DNA from: Patescibacteria group bacterium
GTDB taxonomy: Bacteria; Patescibacteriota; Patescibacteriia; Patescibacteriales; UBA12465
Length of the DNA: 51,985 nucleotides
Direction of reading: 5' to 3'
Assembly: GCA_049318005.1 (NCBI GenBank)
Contig: JBMOHE010000006.1
Coordinates: forward strand, 1-51,985
Shown: positions 39,212 to 48,927 of the stretch, one piece after another
Layout of the letters: each line of letters begins with the position of its first letter
Numbering within the stretch: position 1 is the stretch's first letter
Notes under the pieces: model-generated
Database searches by the model: none
What the model was told of the DNA's origin: nothing
What the model saw: only the letters and a program-made list of their open reading frames with translations
Made by a program: the position numbers and the translations under genes

Positions 39212-39380
39212 GATTTAGGTTTTTAAGTTACTAAGCAAAGATTAGCAACTTGAAATGATAATTGTCAAGAAACTAGTAGTAGTTATTCAAATTGACATTT
39301 ATATCAAAAAGAGATTTAATTTTAATAATCGAACTTTAAAATGAAAAATACAAATAAAAATTAGAAATTAGGAGGCGAAA

Positions 39381-39956
39381 ATGAAAGATTTAGAAAAAAA
39401 GATTGGTAGAATATCCCGTATTTTAGGTGTTCCAACATGGTTAGTTAAAGAGTCAATTGGCATTCCACTGGAATCGCTCTCAGATTATTCATATCAGGCA
39501 GTAAAAACTGCGTATATAGATTCTGACGAGGGGAGCGAAGAACAGAGGGCTTCTCTTGAGAGATTGATCTCAATGTTAGCAACTGAATTAAAGTCATCAT
39601 CCCTGCTTCGGACTAAAGAAATTTATGATTTAGCGCTAGAGTTTCATATTAATGAAATAAAAGTTGAAGCTTTTCATAGATGGGATGATTTATCTTTAGA
39701 AGAGGTTGTGGAGGCCAGGGATTATAAGGAATTAAGAATTGCTTATGACAGAACACATATTAGTGGTAGTGCAAGAAGAGCTGCTATTGAGAAAAGAGCT
39801 CAGTGGGCAAAACAGGAATTTTTAAAAGCCCATACTTTTGACAAACTCTCTAAGGCGTGCAAACACGCCCCAGAAGAAAGTGATATCCAACGTGAAATTA
39901 TTAAAGCAATTTATGAACTCTATTTTAAAGATGGCGGCGGTCCGACCCTTGAGTAA
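39381..39956 (+). CDS. Hypothetical helical protein
   Basis: 191 aa; AGGAGG upstream; terminator overlaps the stop. Confidence 0.75.
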   Translation: MKDLEKKIGRISRILGVPTWLVKESIGIPLESLSDYSYQAVKTAYIDSDEGSEEQRASLERLISMLATELKSSSLLRTKEIYDLALEFHINEIKVEAFHRWDDLSLEEVVEARDYKELRIAYDRTHISGSARRAAIEKRAQWAKQEFLKAHTFDKLSKACKHAPEESDIQREIIKAIYELYFKDGGGPTLE

Positions 39957-40031
39957 AATCAAGGGTTTTTAATTTTTTGACCATAAGCCAGTCTTTAAGA
40001 TATAATTTAAATAGCTATTAAAATTATCAGC

Positions 40032-41558
40032 ATGTTTTTACTGGGCAAAATAATAGAGAGAATTTATTTTAAAAGACGTTTAGAAAGAATAGAAATTTTT
40101 AAGCGCCAGCCTTTTGAAGTTCAAGCGAAAAACTTTTCCTTTCTTATTAAGAGCGCTAAAAATACTGTCTGGGGCAAAGAGCATGATTATAGTAAGATAG
40201 CTAGTGAAACGAATTTCAGTGAAGCTTGTAAATTATTTCAGAGTCAAGTGCCTGTATCTTCTTATGATGATATTAAACCCTGGATTACTAGAACTAGATA
40301 TGGTGAAAAAAATATTTTATGGCCGGGTAGGGTAAAATGGTTTTCTAAATCATCGGGAACCACAAGCGATAAAAGTAAATATATTCCTGTCACTAAAACA
40401 TCCTTAAATAATTGTCATTATGCCGGTGGTAAGGACGCCTTCGCTTTATATTTTAAAGATAATCCCCAATCAAAAGTTTTAAATGGTAAGACTTTAAGTC
40501 TCGGTGGATCAAAAAGATGTGATGAGTTAAATAGAAAAAATTCCTGCGGAGATATGTCGGCAATAATTGTGGGCAATCTGCCTTGTTGGGCGCAGTTAGC
40601 TCGTGTACCGAAAAAAGAGATTGCTTTAATGGAGGAATGGGAAGAGAAACTTAAAGCAATTACGACGGATACTAAAAACCAAAATGTTGCCGCTCTCGCT
40701 GGCGTTCCGTCTTGGGTGTTAGTTTTGCTTCGGAAAGTTGAAGCGGAAACAGGAAAGACAATAAAAGAGTTGTGGCCAAACTTAGAATTATTTATGCATG
40801 GAGGAGTAGCCTTCCCGCCTTATCGCGAGCAATATAAAAAACTGCTAGGAGAGAACGTTAATTATGTAGAAATATATAGTTCGGCCGAAGGATTTTTTGG
40901 AATTGGTGAAGATAGTTCGAGGGGCGACATGATGCTGCTCTTGGATCATGAAGTTTTTTATGAATTTATTCCGCTTGAAGAGTTAGGTAAAAAATTTCCT
41001 AAAGCCTATTTAGTGAGTGAAGTTGAATTGAATAAAAATTACGCAATTATTATTTCAACTAGTGGTGGATTATGGCGATACTTAGTTGGTGATACTGTTA
41101 AGTTCACCAGCCTGAAGCCTTGTCGTTTTATTATTACGGGAAGAATAAAAAGTTTTATTAATGTTTTTGGGGAGGAATTAATGGTTGATAATGCTGATAG
41201 AGCGATTACTATTGCCTGTGAGCAAACAGGAGCGCTAATTAGGGAATATAGCGCAGCTCCGGTCTTTATGGAGGAAGGAACTAAGGGTTGCCATGAGTGG
41301 TTGATTGAGTTTGAAAAATCACCTGAGAATTTAAAAATATTTACCGAGATTCTTGATAAAACTTTACAGAGTCTCAATTCGGACTATGAGGCTAAGCGAT
41401 ATAAGGACATTACTCTTGGAGAATTAAGTATAACCACCGCGCGCACCGGTCTTTTCGCCGATTGGCTAGCTTCTAAAAATAAGCTTGGCGGACAAAATAA
41501 AATACCACGTTTATCTAATAATAGAGAAAATTTTGAAGAAATGCTTAGGCTTAATTAG
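40032..41558 (+). CDS. GH3 auxin-responsive-promoter family (acyl-adenylate-forming) protein
   Basis: SSGTT..SKYIP, YSSAEG, WRYLVGD, GGQNKIPRL. Confidence 0.92.
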   Translation: MFLLGKIIERIYFKRRLERIEIFKRQPFEVQAKNFSFLIKSAKNTVWGKEHDYSKIASETNFSEACKLFQSQVPVSSYDDIKPWITRTRYGEKNILWPGRVKWFSKSSGTTSDKSKYIPVTKTSLNNCHYAGGKDAFALYFKDNPQSKVLNGKTLSLGGSKRCDELNRKNSCGDMSAIIVGNLPCWAQLARVPKKEIALMEEWEEKLKAITTDTKNQNVAALAGVPSWVLVLLRKVEAETGKTIKELWPNLELFMHGGVAFPPYREQYKKLLGENVNYVEIYSSAEGFFGIGEDSSRGDMMLLLDHEVFYEFIPLEELGKKFPKAYLVSEVELNKNYAIIISTSGGLWRYLVGDTVKFTSLKPCRFIITGRIKSFINVFGEELMVDNADRAITIACEQTGALIREYSAAPVFMEEGTKGCHEWLIEFEKSPENLKIFTEILDKTLQSLNSDYEAKRYKDITLGELSITTARTGLFADWLASKNKLGGQNKIPRLSNNRENFEEMLRLN

Positions 41559-41573
41559 CTCAGGTTTGTTATC

Positions 41574-41602
41574 TTGACAATTATGATAATTTATGATATA
41601 AT
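41574..41602 (+). promoter_or_regulatory. Consensus sigma70 promoter
   Basis: TTGACA-17-TATAAT with TG extension. Confidence 0.85.
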
Positions 41603-41684
41603 AATTCTATAATTATTCAATAAAAAATTAGACATAAGAGGTTTTATTTACTATTATATATAGAGATATTAACTATCAAAAAAT

Positions 41685-42548
41685 ATGAAAAAAGAGATTT
41701 TAAACGATCAAGAAGTTCCAGGAACAGAAGTTAGCCCTGGACCATCTGAAAAACTTAAAAATTATCCTTTTGTTGGCACTGAAGACCATGAAGAGGTAAA
41801 AGCTCAGGTTATTCAAGAAGAGGCTATTAATGATCAAAAATACGAAGAAATCTTAACCGAGACTAAGAACATGGAAGCCACTGGTCAAAGTCCAGAGGAA
41901 ATTAATGATAAGATCCAAGCTTTACAAAAAAGTATTGATACTCGGTCTAAAGATTACAAAGATTTATTTTTTAGGTATAGCCATGATACACCGGGCATTA
42001 ATTCATCATACGACGCTTCGTCCGTTGAGATTCTTGCTAAAAAATATCCTAGCTTAGAACAGATTGGTAATTTATTATCACTTGCTAAGAAAAAAAATAC
42101 TCCTCAAAAATCGGATGAAATAAAGGATGGTTTGATGGGTAAATTATTTGGTGCTCGCAAGGTTAATCCAGCTGAAATGAGTGATGGTGATTATGGTAAA
42201 ATTAAAAGAGCTTTAACTTCTGGCTCAGCTGCTTTAAATGGAACTATAAATGATTTTATACCAGCAGTAGATTTCTTAGCTGCTAATGCGCCCGATTTAT
42301 TAAAGACCCAAGCTTATCAAGAAGTTATTAATAAAATCGGCAGCACTGATAAAGACTTTATGGAAAAACATAAAAATTTATTAGTTAGTGACGAAGAATT
42401 AAATAATAAACCAGTTTCCGCTAAACACGCTATTCAGTTTTTAAACTGGGAGGATGAAGACAAAATCAAGGCCCTTGAAAATAAAAAAGCAGGGATTGAA
42501 AATAAATCGATTAATCCTTTAGAAAGTAAATCTCAAATGGCTGGCTAA
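41685..42548 (+). CDS. Hypothetical charged protein
   Basis: 287-aa ORF with own promoter and terminator. Confidence 0.8.
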   Translation: MKKEILNDQEVPGTEVSPGPSEKLKNYPFVGTEDHEEVKAQVIQEEAINDQKYEEILTETKNMEATGQSPEEINDKIQALQKSIDTRSKDYKDLFFRYSHDTPGINSSYDASSVEILAKKYPSLEQIGNLLSLAKKKNTPQKSDEIKDGLMGKLFGARKVNPAEMSDGDYGKIKRALTSGSAALNGTINDFIPAVDFLAANAPDLLKTQAYQEVINKIGSTDKDFMEKHKNLLVSDEELNNKPVSAKHAIQFLNWEDEDKIKALENKKAGIENKSINPLESKSQMAG

Positions 42549-42554
42549 ATAAAA

Positions 42555-42590
42555 ATATAAATATAAATATAAATATAAATATAAATATAA
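42555..42590. repeat. (ATATAA)6 microsatellite
   Basis: Six perfect copies directly before the terminator hairpin at about 42589-42618. Confidence 0.95.
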
Positions 42591-42643
42591 AAACGAGCTC
42601 ATTTAGGGCTCGTTTTTTGTTAGAACTTTACCGGAACACATTA

Positions 42644-42672
42644 TTGACAAAAACTGAAATAAGCCATATACT
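42644..42672 (+). promoter_or_regulatory. rpsA promoter
   Basis: TTGACA-17-TATACT. Confidence 0.8.
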
Positions 42673-42806
42673 AGAGGTAATCAAATTTAATAATCACCTA
42701 TAAGAAATTTTTTGGATTTTAGGACATTTAGTCCAGGTGGCCAAAAAACTCAATCGCAAGATTGGGATTAATAAAATTTTTTTATTTTAAAAAAGTTTTA
42801 AATAAT

Positions 42807-44033
42807 ATGGAAGATAAAAAAATCGAAGAAATGAGCGAGTTTGGTGCCTTGCTTGAGAAGGACGATATTAAAGTTCCTCAGGTTGGCGATATCGTTAAGG
42901 GCCGTGTTGTAGCTGCTTCTAAATCAGAAGTTATGCTTGATATCGACGGTATTTTAATGGGTATTGTTCGTGGCCCTGAGCTTTATAATGAAGTTGAGGA
43001 ATTTTCGACCTTAAAACCGGGCGACGAAATTGAAGCTGCGGTTATTGACGAGGAAAATGAAAACGGCGAACTTGAATTATCATTTCGTTTAGTTGGTCAA
43101 GAAAAAGCTTGGAATAAATTACGCCAAGCATTCAAAGATAAAACAACTGTTAAAGTTAAAATTGCTGACGCTAATAAGGGTGGTTTATTAAGCCGTTATT
43201 GTCAGATTGATGGTTTCTTACCAGTTTCACAGTTAGCTCCAGAAAATTATCCAAGAATCTCTGGTGGTGATAAGAGCAAAATTTTAGAAAAATTAAAATC
43301 ATTTGTTGGTTCTGAATTTGAAGTTACTGTTATCACTTTGAGCGAAGAAGATAATAAAGTTATTTTCAGCGAAAAGGATGTTTGGAACAAAAAACAAAAA
43401 CCAGCTCTTGATAAATATAAAGTTGGCTTACAAGTTGAAGGTAAAATTACTGCCATTACTAATTTCGGAGTATTTGTTACTTTCGGTGAAAACATTGAAG
43501 GCTTAGTTCATATTTCTGAACTTGCTTGGCAGAGAATTGACTCACCAAGTGAGATGTATAAAGTAGGTGATAAAATAAAGGCTGAAATTATTACTATCGA
43601 CGGCGCTAAAGTTTTCTTAAGTGCTAAGAAATTAATGATAGACCCATGGTTAGAAGCTAGCGCTAAATATAAAGCCGGCCAAATCGTTTCCGGAATAATT
43701 TTGAAAGTTAATCCATTTGGTTTGTTTGTTAAACTTGATGAAGAAATTCATGGTTTAGCTCACGTAAGCTTATTAAACATTGCTGCTAAGGATAAAATTA
43801 CTGATTTATATCAAGCTAATGAAGTTAGAAATTTTGAAGTAGTTAGCATTTCTCCATCTGAGCATCGCTTAGGTTTAAAATTAGCGGGCGAGGAAAAAGG
43901 CGCTGCTAAAGCAAAAACTTCTAAGACTAAAAAAACTGAAGATAAGGAAGATGTAAAAGAAGAAACAGAAGTTAAGGAAGAAAAAGAAGAAAAGAAAGAA
44001 AAGAAAGCTAAGGCTGAAAAGAAGGCAAAATAA
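42807..44033 (+). CDS. rpsA: 30S ribosomal protein S1, four-domain form (start probably ATG 42807)
   Basis: NKGGL, GFLPVSQL, FGVFV..EGLVHISEL, FGLFV..GLAHVS; K/E-rich tail. Confidence 0.92.
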   Translation: MEDKKIEEMSEFGALLEKDDIKVPQVGDIVKGRVVAASKSEVMLDIDGILMGIVRGPELYNEVEEFSTLKPGDEIEAAVIDEENENGELELSFRLVGQEKAWNKLRQAFKDKTTVKVKIADANKGGLLSRYCQIDGFLPVSQLAPENYPRISGGDKSKILEKLKSFVGSEFEVTVITLSEEDNKVIFSEKDVWNKKQKPALDKYKVGLQVEGKITAITNFGVFVTFGENIEGLVHISELAWQRIDSPSEMYKVGDKIKAEIITIDGAKVFLSAKKLMIDPWLEASAKYKAGQIVSGIILKVNPFGLFVKLDEEIHGLAHVSLLNIAAKDKITDLYQANEVRNFEVVSISPSEHRLGLKLAGEEKGAAKAKTSKTKKTEDKEDVKEETEVKEEKEEKKEKKAKAEKKAK

Positions 44034-44052
44034 TATTTTTGTTTGAACTCAT

Positions 44053-44082
44053 AAAGAAGCCCGAATTATTCGGGCTTCTTTT
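44053..44082 (+). terminator. Intrinsic terminator
   Basis: AAAGAAGCCCGAA-tta-TTCGGGCTTCTTTT. Confidence 0.9.
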
Positions 44083-44180
44083 GTGAAGGATGAGAAGTTT
44101 TAATTTTTTGAGCAAATTGCCAAAATCCCCTTTATAACCTATAATAAAAATACTTAAACATAAAAATTAATCCTAATATA

Positions 44181-46007
44181 ATGAAAAAATTAATTAAAAA
44201 TTTTTTGGTTTTCTTTGCAGTTTTTTTATTGATTGCGGCGGTTTTTAGTTCTTTTTCAGGAAATACTGGTAAGAGCGCGACAGTTGGCGTCGAGACTTTA
44301 ATTAATCAAATAAATACTGATAAAGTTTCGGAGATTGTTGTTAGCGGTAATCAACTTTTGATTACTCTAAAAGATAATTCTAAAGAAACGGTTAGAAAAG
44401 AGGCTAATGACTCTTTATCGACTTTATTAAATAATTATAAAGTTGATCCAAACAAATCAACGGCGATAAAGATTTCCGTTAAAGACGAGAGCGGCTGGGA
44501 TTATTTTCTTTTAAACATTGCTCCATTCTTATTTCCATTTTTACTTGTAGGAGTTTTTATTTTCTTTATGCTTCGTGGTGTTCAGGGAGCGAATTCGAAA
44601 GCAATGAGTTTTGGTCAATCAACAGCTAAAGACTTTAAACCGGACGAAAAAAATAAAACTACTTTTAAGGACGTAGCTGGCGCTAAAGAAGCTAAAGAAG
44701 AATTAAAAGAAATAGTTGAGTTTTTAAAATTTCCAAAAAAGTTTCACGACCTTGGTGCGAAAATTCCACGCGGCGTTTTATTATTAGGTGCCCCTGGAAC
44801 AGGAAAAACATTACTTGCTCGCTCAGTTGCTGGTGAAGCTCAGGTTCCATTCTTTCATATGTCTGGTTCAGAGTTTGTTGAAATGTTTGTTGGTGTCGGC
44901 GCGTCTCGGGTTAGATCATTATTTGATAAGGCTAAAAAAAATGCACCATGTATTTTATTTATTGATGAGATAGATGCAGTCGGTCGTCGTCGTGGTTCTG
45001 GTTTAGGTGGATCACATGATGAAAGAGAACAAACCTTAAATCAAATTTTAGTTGAGATGGATGGCTTTGAACCAACTCAAAATATTATTGTTATCGCGGC
45101 CACAAATAGACCTGATGTTTTAGATCCTGCCTTACTTCGTCCAGGTCGCTTCGATAGACGCGTAACTATTGATTTACCTGACTTAAAAGATAGAGAAGAA
45201 GTTTTGCTTGTTCATTCTCGAACTAAACCCTTGGCTAAAGATGTTGATTTAAAAAAGATCGCCCAACGTACAGCTGGTTTTTCAGGAGCTGAACTCGCCA
45301 ATGTTTTAAATGAAGGGGCAATTCTCGCTGCTCGTGAAGATAGAAAAGAAATTATCAATGAAAATTTATTTGAGGCGATTGAAAAAGTAATGATAGGTCC
45401 TGAGAGAAAGAGCCGCGTGATTAGTGATAAGGAGAAAAAAATTACCGCCTATCACGAAGCGGGTCATGCTTTAGTTTCTCACTTTTTGCCAGATACAGAT
45501 CCAGTTCATAAAATTTCGATTATTTCTCGTGGCTCAGCTGGTGGTTATACTTTAAAAGCACCATCAGAAGATAGACACATGCATCCTAAATCAGAATTCA
45601 TTTCTGAGATTGCAATTTTACTAGCCGGGCATTTAGTTGAAAAAACTATTTATGGCGAAGTAACAACTGGCGCGACCTCTGATTTAAGAAGGGCAACTAC
45701 TTTAGCCAGAAGTTTGGTAACTGATTACGGTATGAGCGATAATCTTGGCCCAAGAACATATGGCGAAAAAGAAGAAATGATTTTCCTTGGTCGTGAAATT
45801 CACGAGCAAAGAAATTATAGCGAAAAAGCGGCTGAGAAGATTGATGAAGAAATTACGAGCTTTATTAAACAAGGTGAAGTTAAAGCTCAAAAAATCATTG
45901 ATGCTCATAAAGAAAATTTAGAAAAAATTGTTAATTTACTACTTGAGAAGGAAACAATTGAGAAAGATGAGTTCGAGCTTATTATGGGTCCAAAGCCAAT
46001 AAATTAA
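44181..46007 (+). CDS. ftsH: ATP-dependent zinc metalloprotease FtsH
   Basis: 2 [33 protein letters not shown]. Confidence 0.98.
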   Translation: MKKLIKNFLVFFAVFLLIAAVFSSFSGNTGKSATVGVETLINQINTDKVSEIVVSGNQLLITLKDNSKETVRKEANDSLSTLLNNYKVDPNKSTAIKISVKDESGWDYFLLNIAPFLFPFLLVGVFIFFMLRGVQGANSKAMSFGQSTAKDFKPDEKNKTTFKDVAGAKEAKEELKEIVEFLKFPKKFHDLGAKIPRGVLLLGAPGTGKTLLARSVAGEAQVPFFHMSGSEFVEMFVGVGASRVRSLFDKAKKNAPCILFIDEIDAVGRRRGSGLGGSHDEREQTLNQILVEMDGFEPTQNIIVIAATNRPDVLDPALLRPGRFDRRVTIDLPDLKDREEVLLVHSRTKPLAKDVDLKKIAQRTAGFSGAELANVLNEGAILAAREDRKEIINENLFEAIEKVMIGPERKSRVISDKEKKITAYHEAGHALVSHFLPDTDPVHKISIISRGSAGGYTLKAPSEDRHMHPKSEFISEIAILLAGHLVEKTIYGEVTTGATSDLRRATTLARSLVTDYGMSDNLGPRTYGEKEEMIFLGREIHEQRNYSEKAAEKIDEEITSFIKQGEVKAQKIIDAHKENLEKIVNLLLEKETIEKDEFELIMGPKPIN

Positions 46008-46085
46008 GCTAAATAAATAATAATACAATTTGACTAATACCGTCTTTACGTTATACTAAAAAGGTAAACATTAATTTTTTATTTT

Positions 46086-46319
46086 ATGGCAAATCCAAAG
46101 AAACAAAAAACACATGCAGCGACACATAAGGGACGTGCTCATTTAGCTTTGAAAAAAGTTACTTTAACCAAATGTCCAAAATGTGGAAAGATGCGTAAAC
46201 CGCACACAGTTTGCACTTTTTGTGGAACTTATAAAGGACGTGAAGTTCTAAAAATAAAAGTAGCTAAGACTGCAAAAACAGCTGCTACTAAAACTACTAA
46301 AACCGCTAAGAAAAAATAA
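46086..46319 (+). CDS. rpmF: 50S ribosomal protein L32, zinc-ribbon form
   Basis: [24 protein letters not shown]. Confidence 0.95.
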   Translation: MANPKKQKTHAATHKGRAHLALKKVTLTKCPKCGKMRKPHTVCTFCGTYKGREVLKIKVAKTAKTAATKTTKTAKKK

Positions 46320-46324
46320 TATTT

Positions 46325-46837
46325 ATGTCTAATCGACATTTAGCGAGAACTATCGCTTTGCAAACTTTGTTTGCTTGGGATTTTAATGGAAAAAAAGATA
46401 GCATTTTAGACAGTGTCATTGCTGATAATTTTGCTAATTTTGCGCCAAATTTTGATGATGGCGGCTTTGTTAAAGACTTGGTAAAGGGGGTCGCGGCTGA
46501 TTATTCTAAACTTGATGCGCATATTATTAAATATGCGACTGAATGGCCGCTTGATCAAATAACAGCCATAGATAGAAATATTTTGAGACTCGGTATTTAT
46601 GAACTTTTATATACCCCTGTTCCTCCACGCGTAGTTATCAATGAAGCGATTGAGGTTGCTAAGAGTTTTGGGGGAGATGCTTCGGGTAAGTTTGTTAATG
46701 GTGTTTTGGGAGCTCTATATAATGATGAGCCAGAAATTCAGAAACGCGATAATAAGGAAGAGGCTGAAGCAGCTAAGGCTGAGGAAGAAAAAAATAAAAA
46801 GGAAGAAGAAAAAACTAAAGAGACGCTAGAATCCTAA
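46325..46837 (+). CDS. nusB: Antitermination factor NusB
   Basis: [34 protein letters not shown]. Confidence 0.97.
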   Translation: MSNRHLARTIALQTLFAWDFNGKKDSILDSVIADNFANFAPNFDDGGFVKDLVKGVAADYSKLDAHIIKYATEWPLDQITAIDRNILRLGIYELLYTPVPPRVVINEAIEVAKSFGGDASGKFVNGVLGALYNDEPEIQKRDNKEEAEAAKAEEEKNKKEEEKTKETLES

Positions 46838-46869
46838 GCGTCTTTTGTTTATTATTTATAAATTGATTT

Positions 46870-47568
46870 ATGACCGCGACCGAAATAGCTAGACTACAAA
46901 GAAAAATAGGTGTTAATTTTAAAAATGAAAGTCTAATTAAACAGGCGCTTGTTCATCGATCTTATCTGAACGAACATCCGGATTTTAAAATTGGTCATAA
47001 TGAACGACTAGAATTTTTAGGCGATGCGGTTTTAGAAATTGTAGTAACTGAGTATTTATATTTAAATTTTGCAACTACTCCGGAAGGAGACTTAACTAAT
47101 TGGCGCGCCTCTTTAGTTAACGCAAAGATGCTCTATGAGATTGCGGCCGAACTAGGGGTAGAAGAATATTTATATTTATCAAAAGGAGAATCAAAAGATA
47201 AAAATAAAAAATCACGCCAATTTATTTTAGCCAATTCAATTGAAGCAATCATTGGTGCGATATATTTAGACCAAGGAATGGAGGCGGCCAAGCCATTTAT
47301 TTTAAAGAATGTTGTTTCTAAGCTAGATAATATTTTAAAGAATCAAACTTATCTTGATCCAAAATCTCGATTTCAAGAAAAGGCTCAAGAAGATCGAGCA
47401 GTTACGCCGCATTACCAGATTATTGATGAAGTAGGCCCGGATCATGCAAAAATTTTTACAGTTGGTTTATATCTCGGCGAAGAATTAATCACTACCGGAA
47501 AGGGATCCTCTAAACAAGAGGCACAGGTTGAGGCAGCCGCTGATGGTCTTAAAAAAATGAATTGGTAA
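46870..47568 (+). CDS. rnc: Ribonuclease III
   Basis: NERLEFLGDAVL, EAIIGAIYLD, dsRBD GPDH..G.GSSKQEA. Confidence 0.98.
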   Translation: MTATEIARLQRKIGVNFKNESLIKQALVHRSYLNEHPDFKIGHNERLEFLGDAVLEIVVTEYLYLNFATTPEGDLTNWRASLVNAKMLYEIAAELGVEEYLYLSKGESKDKNKKSRQFILANSIEAIIGAIYLDQGMEAAKPFILKNVVSKLDNILKNQTYLDPKSRFQEKAQEDRAVTPHYQIIDEVGPDHAKIFTVGLYLGEELITTGKGSSKQEAQVEAAADGLKKMNW

Positions 47569-47571
47569 TCT

Positions 47572-48630
47572 ATGGATATTAATAAGATTTTTAAATTGGC
47601 CGCCGAAAAGAGGGCCTCTGATATTCATTTACTTTATGGTCAGCCACCAATTTTTAGAATTGATGGTCAGTTAATTGATATTAATGAAGTTGTTACTGAT
47701 GGAAACTTTTTACAATTAACAGAAGTTAATTTAGAAAGTTTTTTAAATGCCATTTTAACTAAAGAACAAAAAACTCGTTTTTATGATAAGCGTGATCTAG
47801 ATTTAGGTTATCAAATAGAAGATTATAGATACCGCGTTAATTGCTCATTTGAAAAAAATAATGTTGTTATTGTGGCTCGTGTGATTGATGAGCGCAAACC
47901 AACGCTTAAAGATTTAGGCATGCCAGCTGTTATAGAAGAATTATTAGATTTACCACAGGGCTTTATTTTAATTACTGGTCCGACGGGTTGCGGTAAATCA
48001 ACTACCCTCGCCGCCATGGTTAACCATATTAATGATCATCGTCGCTGTAATATTGTTACTTTAGAAGATCCGATTGAATATATTTTTAAACCAAATAAAA
48101 GCATTGTTGTTCAAAGACAGTTGGGTAGTGATATGTTAACCTTTGCTTCTGGCTTGAAACATGTTTTACGCCAAGATCCAAATGTTATCATGCTTGGAGA
48201 AATGCGTGATCCCGAAACAATCGCAACCGCCGTTACACTAGCTGAAACCGGACACCTTGTTTTAGCGACTCTTCATACATACAGCGCCGCTCAAACTATT
48301 GATCGTATTATTGACGTTTTTCCTCCTTACCAACAGGGTCAAATTAAATCCCAGTTATCATCAGTTTTATCAGCGGTTATCTCTCAGCGTTTATTAGTTA
48401 GAAAATCTGGCGGTAGAATTGCTGCCCGAGAAATTCTTTTGAATAATGGCGCGGTTTCTAATTTAATTAGAGAGGGTAAGATGGCTCAAATTAAAAGTAC
48501 GATAGAAACAAACTCCTCAATTGGGATGATTACTTTAGACAGACATATTAAACAATTGTTCCAAGCTGATGAAATTAGTCGCGAAGATGCTATCCGCCAA
48601 ATGGAAGATCCAAATTCGCTAGAAGACTAG
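47572..48630 (+). CDS. pilT: Type IV pilus retraction ATPase, PilT/PilU family
   Basis: ASDIHL, GPTGCGKST, EDPIEY, LRQDPNVI, TGHLV..TLHT, AVSNLIRE. Confidence 0.93.
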   Translation: MDINKIFKLAAEKRASDIHLLYGQPPIFRIDGQLIDINEVVTDGNFLQLTEVNLESFLNAILTKEQKTRFYDKRDLDLGYQIEDYRYRVNCSFEKNNVVIVARVIDERKPTLKDLGMPAVIEELLDLPQGFILITGPTGCGKSTTLAAMVNHINDHRRCNIVTLEDPIEYIFKPNKSIVVQRQLGSDMLTFASGLKHVLRQDPNVIMLGEMRDPETIATAVTLAETGHLVLATLHTYSAAQTIDRIIDVFPPYQQGQIKSQLSSVLSAVISQRLLVRKSGGRIAAREILLNNGAVSNLIREGKMAQIKSTIETNSSIGMITLDRHIKQLFQADEISREDAIRQMEDPNSLED

Positions 48631-48716
48631 AACTGTTAAAAGTTTATTTATATTTTACTAATTTTTTGCTTGTTAATAAGGTGTTAATAGAATAAATGAG
48701 TAGATAATTTTCCTTT

Positions 48717-48745
48717 AAAAATGGCCCAAATTTAGGCCATTTTTT
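48717..48745 (+). terminator. Terminator after pilT
   Basis: AAAAATGGCC-caaattta-GGCCATTTTTT. Confidence 0.8.
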
Positions 48746-48761
48746 GTTAATCAGTCAGGGC

Positions 48762-48789
48762 TTGACATTATTTTTAAAACAGCTATAAT
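48762..48789 (+). promoter_or_regulatory. Putative rRNA promoter
   Basis: TTGACA-16-TATAAT; perfect hexamers with the 16-bp spacer typical of E. coli rrn promoters. Confidence 0.85.
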
Positions 48790-48829
48790 TGTACTCAGTT
48801 AAAACAGGGCTATAAAAGCCGTAAATAAT

Positions 48830-48871
48830 ATGCAAAAACAGTTAAGAAATTATGTTAATAAGCGATTCTAA
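48830..48871 (+). other. Candidate 13-aa leader peptide MQKQLRNYVNKRF
   Basis: ATG in aaataatATG context like other starts in this window; stop TAA 48869-71. Confidence 0.4.
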
Positions 48872-48896
48872 TAATCCGCTATTTTGCGATTAATAG

Positions 48897-48918
48897 AACC
48901 GCCGAAAGCGGTTTTTTT
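48897..48918 (+). terminator. Terminator-like hairpin in the 23S leader
   Basis: AACCGC-cgaaa-GCGGTT plus T run. Confidence 0.65.
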
Positions 48919-48927
48919 GCGCCCCTG

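Noticed and set aside
36788-39970. Integron cassette array
   Set aside because: Genes are in mixed orientation with their own promoters; the hairpins look like terminators, not attC sites; no intI.
29220-42548. Prophage or integrative island downstream of tRNA/tmRNA
   Set aside because: No integrase, phage genes or duplicated tRNA 3' end seen.
7993-48017. Numerous 60-145 aa antisense or alternate-frame ORFs (e.g. 11134-11571, 20408-20746, 41039-41377)
   Set aside because: Nested in well-supported genes, with no motifs or expression signals.
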